A stretch of 64,000 nt of DNA from a virus (IMGVR_UViG_3300050821_009413:17490-81489), one strand, 5' to 3'. Counted from the stretch's first letter, positions 30,699-41,807 are shown. A program made the numbers and translations. Notes: a model not told the origin generated them from the sequence alone.

Positions 30699-30926
30699 AT
30701 GTCTTGGCAGCTGATTGTTCTGATCGCTATCGGCGCGGTCGTTGTGCTTTGCGTAGGCGGAGGATTATTGATTTGGGCGCTGTGGAATAAGGCGCAGAAA
30801 CAGATGGAAAGAATGGTTTCAGAATTTGGTGAGCCATCCAAACCTAGGGAGAGCGTTGAGGAAATGGTGGACCGTTTAACGGGGCCGTCTAATCCGTTCG
30901 ATATTCTGAAGAATAATAGGAAATGA
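30699..30926 (+). CDS. Small membrane protein
   Basis: N-terminal TM helix; RBS gaggag. Confidence 0.55.
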   Translation: MSWQLIVLIAIGAVVVLCVGGGLLIWALWNKAQKQMERMVSEFGEPSKPRESVEEMVDRLTGPSNPFDILKNNRK

Positions 30927-31326
30927 TCCGGTGGTGGCTGCACGATAAACACCTCGGGCACCGCTACCAACTTGGCTATTCCGATACGGTTCCGGTGGCC
31001 TGGTTTTTTGTCTGCCGGTGTGGGGCGTGGTGGCGCACCGAAAAGCGTGAAAGGTTAGCCGCCACCCTGACGCGGCGCGATGTTTACGAGAGGTATCGGG
31101 GACCGCAATGACGGCTTGGGTAAGTGAGAGTAAACACTATTCGTTTAAGCATGATTTGAGGGTCGCGGAGATCCGCGGCCCGTTCACTGATAACGGTTTC
31201 GTGGTGGAGTTTCAGGAAGATGTCCAGCATGGAGACACTGTCTCGGTGAAGTTGAGCCTTGAAGAATGCCGGGAGTTAGCGCAGGATCTTTTCGTGCGCA
31301 CCGAGCAGATAGTGGGAATAGCCCGG

Positions 31327-31989
31327 CTAGCCTAGTTCGAACAGGGCCAGTTCGTGCTCGTTGGCGAGGACCCCTCCGGGTGGGGAGTCCTCTGGGATGC
31401 CGTCGATGCGGACCAGGTTGAACGGGTCCTTGGTGAGGTCGTGGGGCCGCTCTAAATATCCCAGCCACGGGTAGTCGTCGGCGTTGTATTCGAAGGTGTT
31501 GGATGAGCCTGGGTAGTTCGACGCCAGCAGGTAGGTGCTTCCTGAGGCTTTGTATTTGTCGAGCATCAGGAGGATGTAGTCGTTGGTGAGGTGGGCGAGG
31601 AAGTCCCGCGACATGATGACATCGACTTTGGGGAATTTTTTGCGGGTGATCAGGTTGGTGCGGATGAAAACATACCGCGGGTCTGTGGTTTCTTGTTTGT
31701 TGGTGCCGATGATGCGGGGGTCGACGTCCATCCCGATGTAGGTGTGCAGATAGCTGAAGTCGACCAGTTTGGTCCAGGTGCGGTCGCCGCACGGCGCGTC
31801 CAGCATGGTGGTGACGCCGTAGGCCTTCAACAGTTTGGGGAGGGCTTCGCGGAGGTCTTCGGTGTAGCGCAGGGAGCTGCCCGGTCCGTTGACGGAGCCG
31901 CCGTTGATGGCGCAGAACATGGGTTGGGTGAGCATTTCGGTGACGATGGCGCACCACGCGTCCTGCTGGTTTTGTATAAAGTTGTCCAC
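31327..31989 (-). CDS. Class I SAM-dependent methyltransferase
   Basis: GSVNGPGS..MLDAPCGD..SRDFLAHL; paralog of 19476..20243. Confidence 0.75.
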   Translation of the reverse strand: MDNFIQNQQDAWCAIVTEMLTQPMFCAINGGSVNGPGSSLRYTEDLREALPKLLKAYGVTTMLDAPCGDRTWTKLVDFSYLHTYIGMDVDPRIIGTNKQETTDPRYVFIRTNLITRKKFPKVDVIMSRDFLAHLTNDYILLMLDKYKASGSTYLLASNYPGSSNTFEYNADDYPWLGYLERPHDLTKDPFNLVRIDGIPEDSPPGGVLANEHELALFELG

Positions 31990-32025
31990 GCCTGTCAGTA
32001 CCCGCCTGCTGGGAGTTTCAAAACA

Positions 32026-32388
32026 TCACCGTGTGGTCAGTTTACGGAGCCGCTTGTCGGGCTTCCATGTCAGGTTGGTGAGTTGGTTGTTGGCTGGGTT
32101 GTCATCGATGTTGGCGGCGTCGAGCCCGGTCGGGCGTGGTTTGTCGAACGCTTCCAGGACGAGGCGGCGGATCGGGACTTGCCGGTAGTCGTTTTGCACC
32201 CACAGGTTGACGGCGTAGGTGCCGTCGGGTCGGACCCGCGGGGTCAGGACTTTGCCTTGGATTTCTCGTGTCGATCCGTCGCGGCCACGCACGGTACGGA
32301 CTACGGATTGGACCCGACCGAGGCTCGATACCTCGTATTGGCCTTCATAGCCCCGGACGGGGAGCCACTTTTCGCTGGTCGGATCCAC
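32026..32388 (-). CDS. NUMOD4 + degenerate HNH protein
   Basis: W.PV.GYEGQYEVS..GRV.S; HNH region reads ANIDDNPANN..NL.W. Confidence 0.75.
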   Translation of the reverse strand: MDPTSEKWLPVRGYEGQYEVSSLGRVQSVVRTVRGRDGSTREIQGKVLTPRVRPDGTYAVNLWVQNDYRQVPIRRLVLEAFDKPRPTGLDAANIDDNPANNQLTNLTWKPDKRLRKLTTR

Positions 32389-32772
32389 ACCGAAACGGTA
32401 ATATGAGCACAGCTAAGTTCTTTGTAATGACAAAGTTACCGGCGTGTCGCCTTGCGGTCGGTAACGGCAAACAGGTTAGATAATGCGCCTATGCCGCTCA
32501 CCGCGACGGGCTCTCGAATCACATACCTCGCCTTCTACCTTCCAGGACCCGAGTGGCCCCACAACGTCTTCACCTTCCACGCCAATTTCCAGGACGCCGT
32601 GGACAACTGCCGTGTCATGGCTACGCTGGACCCCGGCTACCGCAGGGATTTCTACGTACAGGCATGGAAGACGGCGAATTGGCGCAACTCCGGACCCGCT
32701 AGCCAGCCCATCAGGATCGACACAGAGGATCGCTCACCGGCTAGGCAATAGCAGCCCAGTGGCGTATATTTC

Positions 32773-33120
32773 ATGCATGTGGATCACCGACAACCGGCGG
32801 AATACATGAACGACGGTGTCTCCCCGCAGATCGTTTTCTTCGCCGACCAGTGCTACGAGGAAGCTAAACACCGCCTCAACAACCTGCTCGATGCGCTGGT
32901 GATAGACATGAAAACCCGACCTCAACCACAAACCGACTCGCTGTCGTGGGCAGCGTCAACGCTGGTGATGATGGGGAAACTGCAAAACCCACCGAATCCC
33001 GAATACGCGGCGCACGCGGTGGAGGTGTGGCAGGCCGCCATCTACCAGATAGCCCGCCAACGCCTAGCGGCGGAACGAGCCGCGGAACTAGCCCGCAAAC
33101 ACCTACAAGGGGAGCCGTGA
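32773..33120 (+). CDS. Hypothetical protein
   Basis: ORF coupled to downstream small genes. Confidence 0.5.
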   Translation: MHVDHRQPAEYMNDGVSPQIVFFADQCYEEAKHRLNNLLDALVIDMKTRPQPQTDSLSWAASTLVMMGKLQNPPNPEYAAHAVEVWQAAIYQIARQRLAAERAAELARKHLQGEP

Positions 33121-33690
33121 CGGATCAGGAATGGGAGAACCTTATTCAGGAGGCGTGCGACCGCAGCTACGCGTCGGCGTGCGATTTGATCTTGACTAAG
33201 GTAGTTGAAGAGTTGGACGGTTTAGCCGCGGGGGTTAATCCCGGCGACGACCCGGATATCGCCGTCGCCGCGCTGCGCCAGTGGTGTGAGACGCTAAAAC
33301 TGCAACTGATGATGGAGTTCTCCTGAATGCCTTACCGTGTACGGTGCCGGGAATGCCCCTATGAACCCAGGGTGTTGAATTTCCCGATCAGCGCCCAAGT
33401 GACAGCCGAACATCACACCCTGGTCACCGGCCATCAGTGCCGCATCGAGAAAGCGCAGCTATCTTGCAGCACCAACTCCTCGTAGAAGAATTCGCCGAAC
33501 TGTTGATGCCCACCAGCCGGGCATGGCCGTACCCGGAAGTCAACGGTGTCGGAACATGTACCGACGGGGACCTGAACCAGTGCATCTTGGTCACCCTGGA
33601 AAAGGAGCCACCAGCCTGGAATCCGATCATCCCCGACTACAAGGGGATGCGGGTCATCTGGAGAATCGTTGGAAGGATAGAAGCGCTCTA

Positions 33691-34140
33691 ATGACGGACT
33701 GGACGATCCGCGAATGGCCGAACAGGACCGGCGGCAATGAGGACACTTCCGCTTTCATCACTGGAACTTCGGAAGGTTTTATGGATTACGGTGAAGCGTG
33801 GAGTTACATCGGCGGCAACGTCGCACCTGGAGACACCGTCACAGTCCTGGAACCCGACCCGACCGGGATGGATCGCGAGTCTGAGTATGAATTCGAAGAC
33901 GGCCTAGAGTTCGGTGTGAGCACCCACGAGAACATCGGCGAAACCCAGGTTGTATGGATCACTGAGGGGGTTGACGCCGTTGGGCGTACCCGCGACCTGC
34001 GCCGCGAAACCAAATTCTTCCCAACCCAGCAACTGGCCAACGACGAGGGACACAAGATCATGCACGCCAACCGCGGCAAGATCAAGAAAATTTGGTTGCA
34101 AGGCCGGAAGAAGAACTGGGATGGCAGCCTCGCGGATTGA
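33691..34140 (+). CDS. Hypothetical protein
   Basis: Acidic ORF coupled (TAATG) to upstream gene. Confidence 0.5.
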   Translation: MTDWTIREWPNRTGGNEDTSAFITGTSEGFMDYGEAWSYIGGNVAPGDTVTVLEPDPTGMDRESEYEFEDGLEFGVSTHENIGETQVVWITEGVDAVGRTRDLRRETKFFPTQQLANDEGHKIMHANRGKIKKIWLQGRKKNWDGSLAD

Positions 34141-34316
34141 GCCGCTGCGGCTGCTGTACCCGAGGATGTGCCTCGACTGCCACGCCGTATTGACTTCACT
34201 CAGCCGCCGCCGCCCAACGCTACGGTGGTGCCGTAAATGCTTTTGCACATGGGAGTACATCACCGACAACTTCGCGCAGTCATTGACGTATAAGTAAGCG
34301 TGGCACCCGGGCGGGG

Positions 34317-35159
34317 ATGCTGTCACATGGAAAACTTACGGGCGTGTCCACGGCCATCATCATCCCGTACCGAGACCGGGGTAAGGATCCGCTGCGCGCC
34401 GCTAACCTGGAGCGGTGCTTGGAGTGGTGGGCCGGCTTCGGTGCCCCGGTGATCGTCGCCGACGACGGCAGGGAAGGCGACGCACAGTTCAACCGTTCCG
34501 CGGCCTATAACCGGGGGACCGCACAAACCGACGCTGACATGCTCGTCTACGTCGAATCAGACACCCTGATCCCGTACGAACAAATCCACCAAGCCATCGA
34601 AATGGCGCAACGACGCCTCGGCATGGTCGTACCGTTCACCCACCAAAAGAAACTGTCAGAAACCGACAGCGTACTGGTCCGCGGACGTGAGAAAGAGCCA
34701 GCCGACTGCATACCCACCCGGCACCCGTACGGCGAAAACACCAACTACGGCTGCTGCAACGTCCTATCACGTCGCGCCCTTGAAGGGATCGGGCAGTGGG
34801 ACGAACAATTCGAAGGCCACGGACACGACGACAACGGTATGTTCCACGCTTTCGACACCGTTTTCAAACCGGTAAGGTGGGTAGATGGCAATTCTTATCA
34901 TCTTTACCATCTGGATTTTGATCCGGACACCACCCGGGACCATTCCTACCTAACTAAAGAGGACGTTCTAGCGCAGTCCCGTAACCGGCAACGACTCGAA
35001 TTGTATCGATGCGCGAAAAGCGCCGAAGAAATCCGTCTACTCACCTCAGGGACACCCGTCGCCGAATGGGTTGAGAAACATTGGGGAAGGTTGAACTGGC
35101 GGATCCGCGCATTCATCGGCGACAAGAACGACCCGCTGGTGGGACGGTACACTCCGTGA
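34317..35159 (+). CDS. Glycosyltransferase (GT-A fold, GT2/GT7-like)
   Basis: IIIPYRD..FNRSAAYNRG..VESD..GQWDEQFEGHGHDD. Confidence 0.8.
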   Translation: MLSHGKLTGVSTAIIIPYRDRGKDPLRAANLERCLEWWAGFGAPVIVADDGREGDAQFNRSAAYNRGTAQTDADMLVYVESDTLIPYEQIHQAIEMAQRRLGMVVPFTHQKKLSETDSVLVRGREKEPADCIPTRHPYGENTNYGCCNVLSRRALEGIGQWDEQFEGHGHDDNGMFHAFDTVFKPVRWVDGNSYHLYHLDFDPDTTRDHSYLTKEDVLAQSRNRQRLELYRCAKSAEEIRLLTSGTPVAEWVEKHWGRLNWRIRAFIGDKNDPLVGRYTP

Positions 35160-36166
35160 CCGACAACGATCCGCTGGCGGGCAGGCTCGACCACACATAT
35201 ACTGAAGACCACGGGGACGGCCACCGCGCACGTGATACCCATAGCCCCACTGCCGTCCCCGTTTCAAGCCCTAACTTGTTCGCCGAAGTTACCTGGGAAA
35301 AGACCGACGCCCCACTAGTCGGGGACATGGCCAGGATCCTGCGCGCCGGGCAGTGGGACATCAACAAAATGGCCCACTATCTGCCGGTCTACGAGTCGGC
35401 GTTCGGTGACCGCCATCGCCGGGTGAGGGTGCTTGAGATCGGTGTCAATGTGGGCGGTTCGTTGGAGCTGTGGCGCAAATGGTTCACCAACCGCGGCTCA
35501 GTGATCGTGGGTATCGACTACAACAACAGATGTGCCCAGCTGGAAAACCCGGCCAAGAACATTCACATCAGGATAGGTAAGCAGCAGGACACCGAATTTC
35601 TGCAACGTGTGGTTGAGGAGTTCGGCCCGTTCGATGTAATCCTGGACGACGGCTCCCACATTCCCAGCTTCACATTGAAATCCTTCCAGTACCTGTTCGT
35701 TAACGGACTCAACGACGGGGGATCATATGTTGTGGAGGATTTGCACGCCTGCTATTCCCCAGATTCTTGCGAGCCGTTCCCAGAAGGCCACCCCGAGCTT
35801 GCTGACGCCAATGACGGGTCGCCCACATTCACAGAATTCGTTAAAAATCTGATTAATGTAATGCACGCACACTGGGTGCAGATGCCGACCGGTTTGGACA
35901 TCGACAAGGTTGAGCCAGACAACCCCGCGCGGGTCGATTCATTCCAGGTTCCGTGGGCCACGAAAATGATCAAAAGTATCGAACTACACGATGCGATCGT
36001 TGTTATTAGGCGAGGCGAAAAGGAACTCCCACGCATGATCCGCCGCTGGTCCGAAGAGAAGATGTCGTTGATCGGAAAGCCTGACGACGCCGCCCGATTC
36101 CTTTACGAAAAATTTCCTCATCTCGGTGAGGCCGACAAGACACGACGCGACTATTGGAGCAGATGA
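35156..36166 (+). CDS. Class I SAM-dependent methyltransferase
   Basis: VLEIGV..GGS..W..GID..GKQ.D..FDVILDDGSH..YVVED. Confidence 0.8.
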   Translation: MTDNDPLAGRLDHTYTEDHGDGHRARDTHSPTAVPVSSPNLFAEVTWEKTDAPLVGDMARILRAGQWDINKMAHYLPVYESAFGDRHRRVRVLEIGVNVGGSLELWRKWFTNRGSVIVGIDYNNRCAQLENPAKNIHIRIGKQQDTEFLQRVVEEFGPFDVILDDGSHIPSFTLKSFQYLFVNGLNDGGSYVVEDLHACYSPDSCEPFPEGHPELADANDGSPTFTEFVKNLINVMHAHWVQMPTGLDIDKVEPDNPARVDSFQVPWATKMIKSIELHDAIVVIRRGEKELPRMIRRWSEEKMSLIGKPDDAARFLYEKFPHLGEADKTRRDYWSR

Positions 36167-37080
36167 TGGACTTTCTGGTTACCGGCGGGATGGGTTTCAT
36201 AGGCCGCCACACCATAGCGGCGCTCAAGCAGAAGCATCCGACCGCCGAGATCGTGTGCCTGGACAACCTGTCGCTGAGCGAGGAAGCCGACCTGGGGCCG
36301 CGTGTGGAGTTCGTCCGCGGCGACGTCCGCGATGAATCCCTGGTCAACTACCTGGTCGGTAAATGCCGAGCGGGTGTCATCCACCTGGCCGCAGACTCAC
36401 GTGTCCTGCCATCTCTAGACGACCCGGCCAGGGTGATCGACTCCGCGGGCAGCAACGTCATCGGGACAGCGAACATCCTGGCGGCGATCGCGAAGTCGCC
36501 GCTATGCATCAGCCTGGTCTACGCGGGTTCGTCCACCGCGTACGGTAACCGGCCATGCCCGCAAACTGAGGACACCCTGCCATCGGTGCAGAGTCCGTAC
36601 TCGGCCACCAAGCTGTGCGGCGAAGAACTTATCCGCTCGTTCGTGGTGACGTTCGGAATCCCCGCCACGGTGTTGCGCTACTTCCAGGTGTACGGTCCGG
36701 GACAGCCCACAACAGGAGCCTACGCCTTAGTCACCGGAATTTTCCTGCGACAGTACGCCGCCGGCGAACCCTTAACCATCGAGGGCGATGGCTCCCAGTC
36801 CCGCGATTTCGTGCACGTCACCGACGTGGCCCGAGCCAACGTAAAAGCTTTGGACGTGAACTCGAAGGGCTGGCCGATTAACATCGGATCCGGCGAAAAG
36901 TGGACGATAAAGTCGTTAGCTGACCTCATCTCCCCACACCAAACCCACCTCCCCCCGCGCCGCATCGACCTCCAATCGACACACGCCGACATCACCCGCG
37001 CCAAAGTGCTGCTCGGCTGGGTGCCAACCATCTCGTTCGCTAAAGGGATGAGCGAAATGCGCGCGGCGGCCAAAGGATGA
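36154..37080 (+). CDS. NAD-dependent epimerase/dehydratase
   Basis: TGGMGFIG; SS.AYG; SPYSATK; RDFVHV. Confidence 0.9.
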   Translation: MEQMMDFLVTGGMGFIGRHTIAALKQKHPTAEIVCLDNLSLSEEADLGPRVEFVRGDVRDESLVNYLVGKCRAGVIHLAADSRVLPSLDDPARVIDSAGSNVIGTANILAAIAKSPLCISLVYAGSSTAYGNRPCPQTEDTLPSVQSPYSATKLCGEELIRSFVVTFGIPATVLRYFQVYGPGQPTTGAYALVTGIFLRQYAAGEPLTIEGDGSQSRDFVHVTDVARANVKALDVNSKGWPINIGSGEKWTIKSLADLISPHQTHLPPRRIDLQSTHADITRAKVLLGWVPTISFAKGMSEMRAAAKG

Positions 37081-37697
37081 GCCAAGACTTTTCGCTAGGA
37101 CCTAACTTCCCGTCACCTCCGTCAGATCCAGACGCTAAAGATTGGCTGAGCCTTCCCGAAGGTGATACCCACTTGTGTCACGGGGGTGTCTGCTATCCAC
37201 TGCTACGCCACTGCATAAACCTATGCGAGCCGGGCTTCGCGCTGGAGTTCGGCGTCCAGTCAGGCCACAGCCTCGCGCTCATCTCCCAACGCCTGTCCGC
37301 GGTCGGCTTCGACAGTTTCCTGGGACTGCCAGAGGCTTGGGGACCGTTCACCCCCGGAGCGTTCGCTCAAGATGACCCGCCAACAGTCCCTAACGCGCGT
37401 CTAGTCACCGGCTGGTTCTCCGATACGCTGCCAACGTTCGACTTCGCCTCGGTCGCCCCGCTGCGGCTAGTCCACATAGATTGCGATCTATACAGCTCAA
37501 CAAAAACCGTGCTAAACCATGTTGGTCAACACCTCAAGCCCGGAACATTTGTGGTGTTCGATGAATTCGTCCACGACTGGGATGCTTCTAAACCTGGCGA
37601 AGAACAGGTAGCTTGGCGCGAATTCGCTGAACGAGCACAGATCGGTTGGAAAGTCATCGGCAACTCATCTGGCGCGTGGGCGGTTCAGATAGCCTGA
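37077..37697 (+). CDS. TylF/MycF(NovP)-like O-methyltransferase
   Basis: LEFGV..FDSF.GLPE.W..GWF..LVHIDCDLYSS..FDE. Confidence 0.85.
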   Translation: MSQDFSLGPNFPSPPSDPDAKDWLSLPEGDTHLCHGGVCYPLLRHCINLCEPGFALEFGVQSGHSLALISQRLSAVGFDSFLGLPEAWGPFTPGAFAQDDPPTVPNARLVTGWFSDTLPTFDFASVAPLRLVHIDCDLYSSTKTVLNHVGQHLKPGTFVVFDEFVHDWDASKPGEEQVAWREFAERAQIGWKVIGNSSGAWAVQIA

Positions 37698-37748
37698 CGC
37701 GGCGTGGCGTACGCTATTTGTCTGTGCTAATGCTGGCAAACTTGACGC

Positions 37749-38822
37749 GTGAAAGCCACACAGCAGCGCGTGATCCTATTCACGTTCGCTGGCCGCCAGC
37801 CGAACTTGGAGCTACAGCTGCCGATGGCCCGCCGCATCCTCGAAGATCATCCGAACGTTCATTACCACGTATGGAATTTCGCCCGTAACAACCAGGACAG
37901 GGCATTCATCAAGACCATCTCTGGTGAGCGGATCACGGTGTGGAACGGGTCCGGTGAGGACGGGTTCGCTTCGCCTATCACAACCGGTGTGGTGGGGGCT
38001 AAGCAGTTCGGCGCAGGCGAACACAACGCCGCATACAGGCACTATTCGCAGCCTGAGTTCGAGGATTGCCTGTTCGTAAAAATCGATGACGACATCGTTT
38101 TTTTAGAGACCGCCAGGTTCGGGAAGTTCGTAGAGGCCATCGACACGCACCGCGGGTCCGCGCTGGTCGCTAACATCTTCAACAACGGGGCCTGCATCCC
38201 AGTCAACCCGGGCTTGTGGGAGCGGTTCCAAGCTTTACGCATCCCGCTGCTGGACATGCACCTGAGTAACAAGTTCTGCGAGCTGGCCCACACCTACCTG
38301 TTCGACAACTACCAGAACATTCTGAATCAGCCGATCGAACTGGTCCCCACCGAAGACTGGCTGTCGATCAACGCTGTCGGGTATGACTGGAAGTTCCTGC
38401 GTCACGTCCTGAAGGTGATCGGCACCCCGCACCCACCGTATCTGGCTGGCCGCAACATGCACGGCTGGGGCCGCTGCTTCGGAGACGAAGGCGTCTTCCA
38501 AACACTGCCCCGCATGATCATGAAAGGTTTCACCGCCGGCCACATCTCTTACGGCCCGCAAAACCCCACCCGCCAGCAGATGGAGTCATGGCTGCAAAGC
38601 TACCGCGAACTTGGGGAACTGTATCTGGGTAGCGAAATGTCAACCAAAGACGACAGTGTGGGGTTGCCGGAATTGTCGGAGGTTTCCTGCGGATACGTCG
38701 GTGTCCGCGGCTATGAGGCGCTCACCGGGCACGCCCCGGACTGGCGTTCCCGTTGGCTGAACCTTCCACCCCACTCCGCCGGCGACGTCAACGACCCGAC
38801 CGTTGGCCGCTTCAGGCCCTGA
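37749..38822 (+). CDS. Putative glycosyltransferase
   Basis: FVKIDDDIVF DxD motif; paralog of 39322..40284. Confidence 0.7.
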   Translation: MKATQQRVILFTFAGRQPNLELQLPMARRILEDHPNVHYHVWNFARNNQDRAFIKTISGERITVWNGSGEDGFASPITTGVVGAKQFGAGEHNAAYRHYSQPEFEDCLFVKIDDDIVFLETARFGKFVEAIDTHRGSALVANIFNNGACIPVNPGLWERFQALRIPLLDMHLSNKFCELAHTYLFDNYQNILNQPIELVPTEDWLSINAVGYDWKFLRHVLKVIGTPHPPYLAGRNMHGWGRCFGDEGVFQTLPRMIMKGFTAGHISYGPQNPTRQQMESWLQSYRELGELYLGSEMSTKDDSVGLPELSEVSCGYVGVRGYEALTGHAPDWRSRWLNLPPHSAGDVNDPTVGRFRP

Positions 38823-39325
38823 TGTCGCTGCACGAAATCTTCGAACGCCACGGCACCGACAAAGCGGGGCACGGTTACGCGAAGATTTATGAGCCACTGT
38901 TGGAGCCCCGCCGGGAAACGATCAGGCTGGTGTTAGAGGTGGGGATCGGCACCATGATCCACAACGCCCCATCCACAATGCGAGGCTACGTTCCAGACGA
39001 CTACCAGCCAGGGGCGTCGCTGCGGGCGTGGCGCGAATACTTCCCCAACGCCGTCATCTGGGGGGTGGACACCCAACGTGACACGCAGTTCAGGGAGCAC
39101 CGGATCGTCACCTGTTTAGCTGACACCACCGACGAAAACCAGGTGAACGCCGCACTGTCGGGTGTCGTGTTCGACCTGATCATCGATGACGGCTGCCACC
39201 TTTTACAGTCCCAGCGGGCCACCGCGAAGCACCTGTGGAAACACCTCAACCACGGCGGCCTGTATGTGATTGAGGATGTGACCGACTTCCCGACCCGCCA
39301 CGTTCTGACGGTGATGGCGAAATGA
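38822..39325 (+). CDS. Class I SAM-dependent methyltransferase
   Basis: GTDK..Y..VLEVGIG..GASL..W..FDLIIDDG.H..YVIED. Confidence 0.8.
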   Translation: MSLHEIFERHGTDKAGHGYAKIYEPLLEPRRETIRLVLEVGIGTMIHNAPSTMRGYVPDDYQPGASLRAWREYFPNAVIWGVDTQRDTQFREHRIVTCLADTTDENQVNAALSGVVFDLIIDDGCHLLQSQRATAKHLWKHLNHGGLYVIEDVTDFPTRHVLTVMAK

Positions 39326-40284
39326 GACCCCGCGTCATCATCTTTTGTTTCGCCGGTAGAAAACCCAACATGGAGCTGCAACTCCCGTTCATCCAGAGAA
39401 TCCTCGAGGAGAACCGCAACGCCGAGTTCGACATCTGGAACCTGGCCCGCGACAACGGGGACTCTAAATATTTACAAACCATCGACGGCGACCGGATCAC
39501 GGTCCGCAACGAATACCGCCGCGCCAGCCCGGGCTACGACCACGTGTTCCGCCACTACGGCCACGAAGACTACAGGGGCACCGTGTTCGTCAAACTGGAC
39601 GACGACATCGTATTTTTGCAGACCGAACGGTTCCACCAGTTCATCCGAGCTATCCAAGCGAACCCGACCGCAGTCCTATCCGCCAACGTCATCAACAACG
39701 GGGCCTGCACACCACTACAACCAGAGTTGTTCGAAAAGTTTCAGCGCATCGCCATCCCACTACTGGATGTGCACAAGTCGGGGGCCTTCGCCGGCGTCGC
39801 GCACAACTATTTCTTCGACCACACCCCAGAACTACTGGACCAACCAATCGAACTCATCCCCACCAAAGACTGGCTGTCGATCAACGCGATCGGCTACACC
39901 TGGAAAACAGGACAACGAATCGCGAAGCTAGTGTTCACCAAATGCGCCCGCCAGAACGTTGCCGGCAGAGACCTTGACTGGCTGGGCGACGAAGGCACCG
40001 TCAACACCATGCCCCGCATCCTGGTCCGCGGGTTCCTGGCCTGCCATTTAACGTTCGGCCCGCAAAACTTGATACCGCTGCAGCTGGCCCCGTGGCGGGA
40101 GCGTTACAAAGCTATCGCCGACCACTACCTAGCCCACACGGTCGCCTGCCCAGACATAGAATTACCGGGGTTAAGCGAAGTGTCCCACGCCCAAGGCTTA
40201 CCGGTCATCACCCCGGACTGGCGGGAACGCTGGACGCCACCACCAGGCGAAAACGACCCGCTAGTAGGACGATACAAAGGCTAA
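39322..40284 (+). CDS. Putative glycosyltransferase
   Basis: FVKLDDDIVF; paralog of 37749..38822. Confidence 0.7.
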   Translation: MRPRVIIFCFAGRKPNMELQLPFIQRILEENRNAEFDIWNLARDNGDSKYLQTIDGDRITVRNEYRRASPGYDHVFRHYGHEDYRGTVFVKLDDDIVFLQTERFHQFIRAIQANPTAVLSANVINNGACTPLQPELFEKFQRIAIPLLDVHKSGAFAGVAHNYFFDHTPELLDQPIELIPTKDWLSINAIGYTWKTGQRIAKLVFTKCARQNVAGRDLDWLGDEGTVNTMPRILVRGFLACHLTFGPQNLIPLQLAPWRERYKAIADHYLAHTVACPDIELPGLSEVSHAQGLPVITPDWRERWTPPPGENDPLVGRYKG

Positions 40285-40668
40285 CGGAAAGCCACTTCCA
40301 GCCGCGCTATCTCACACCAACTCCGCACCGCCTGAACAGCGACGAAAGCATCGGGAACCTCAACCTCAACACCGAGCTGGCTGATGAACTTATCCAACTC
40401 GGTAATAATTCCCCCGAAGACGTATTCGGCACCGTCGTGGAACGCTTGAAGGGCGAACTCACGCAGGTCCTTCTCGAACTTAGCCCTGTCCTGCTCACCG
40501 GTGAAGATCATTGATCGGCGTCCGCCCGCACATCGGAATGGAACCCGGCAGCCGCCAACGCATCCTCTATACGTTTGCGGATCGAGCGCCGCGCGATGCG
40601 GATCTTCATCCGCCACAGCCACACCCGAACACTGCGGAACCACACTTGATACACCCACTTCAGATAGG

Positions 40669-40959
40669 TCACCGAACACCTGCCTGGCAGTCACAGCTGG
40701 TGGGAACACCCACCAAGTGCTGCGGAACACGATAGATGTCGGAGATTTCCTGGCCCTGCTTGACACGGTCGGTTGGCACCTTCCCCCGGCAGCGCCCCGT
40801 CTTTTTATGTTTCTTGGGGGCATGCTCACACGTGCAGGGGGTGCGGTGACGGACCTCGGCGATCGTCACCGGAACCCCGCGCCGCTCCTTACGCTCCTGC
40901 CGGGTTTTCTCTTTCTCCAACGCCCACGTGGCCTGCTTAGTTGTAGTCATTTCTTCCAC
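40669..40959 (-). CDS. Small Cys-rich protein
   Basis: C.C.H..H..C..C.C motif. Confidence 0.5.
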   Translation of the reverse strand: MEEMTTTKQATWALEKEKTRQERKERRGVPVTIAEVRHRTPCTCEHAPKKHKKTGRCRGKVPTDRVKQGQEISDIYRVPQHLVGVPTSCDCQAGVR

Positions 40960-41498
40960 ACCTTGTAGTCGACCATTTCGAGCTGCGTCGTGCCTAAGAG
41001 GTTTTTCCGAACGTACGCAGAACCAATCACTTCACCGCGCACCGTCAACGGGATGGACCACACCTCACACGCCTCCGCTATCAATGTCATAACTGGGCAG
41101 CCAACGCATCGTAGGCGGCCTGAAGACTCCCACCTTTACCTGTGAGACCGCTGGCCCGGTGCCGGCACGTGTACACCCGATGCCCATCCTCAGTCTCCGA
41201 CAACACCGTGATCCCCTTAGAATGCAAATCGACCGTGTTAACGTTCATGCCTTTCCTCCCACCAACAGCCGCCGCACGCCGCTGCGGAGGCGCAGGATAC
41301 GCTTTCGCATAGTCAGCCATCAGGTCACCTTCCCGCCGTGAATACGGCCATCAGAATCCATCCACCGCACCTCAGGATGCGCCGTCGTCATATGTAACCA
41401 CATCAACTCCGGCACACCGTCCCTAGTATCAGGGCTGAACACACCATATTCACACACGCTGCACGCCAACCCGATCCAACTACGGGAACGCTGCCCGC

Positions 41499-41807
41499 TC
41501 ACCAGGCCACCGTCGGCGGCAACATAATCAACGGCGGCTCAACAACCCTTTTCGCGCGCATACAGTCGCAACCGCTGCAACCAGCAGCACAATCACGCTG
41601 CTCCGGAGCGCAACAAGGACACGAAGCCCCACGCGCAAACAAATCAGGATTACTCGTCATATCGGAACCTTCTAGGAGGGCTTTCTGCTTATGCGCATCA
41701 ACCACGGTTTTGTGACAACCCACAACCATGCCGGTCTTTGTGTCGGTGACACTGACCGGCGCACCGAACGGGCAGTTCTCGTCACCGGTTTTGATCGCGA
41801 AACGCAT
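41499..41807 (-). CDS. Hypothetical Cys-rich protein (possibly two small genes)
   Basis: First ORF downstream of the leftward guide array. Confidence 0.45.
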   Translation of the reverse strand: MRFAIKTGDENCPFGAPVSVTDTKTGMVVGCHKTVVDAHKQKALLEGSDMTSNPDLFARGASCPCCAPEQRDCAAGCSGCDCMRAKRVVEPPLIMLPPTVAW

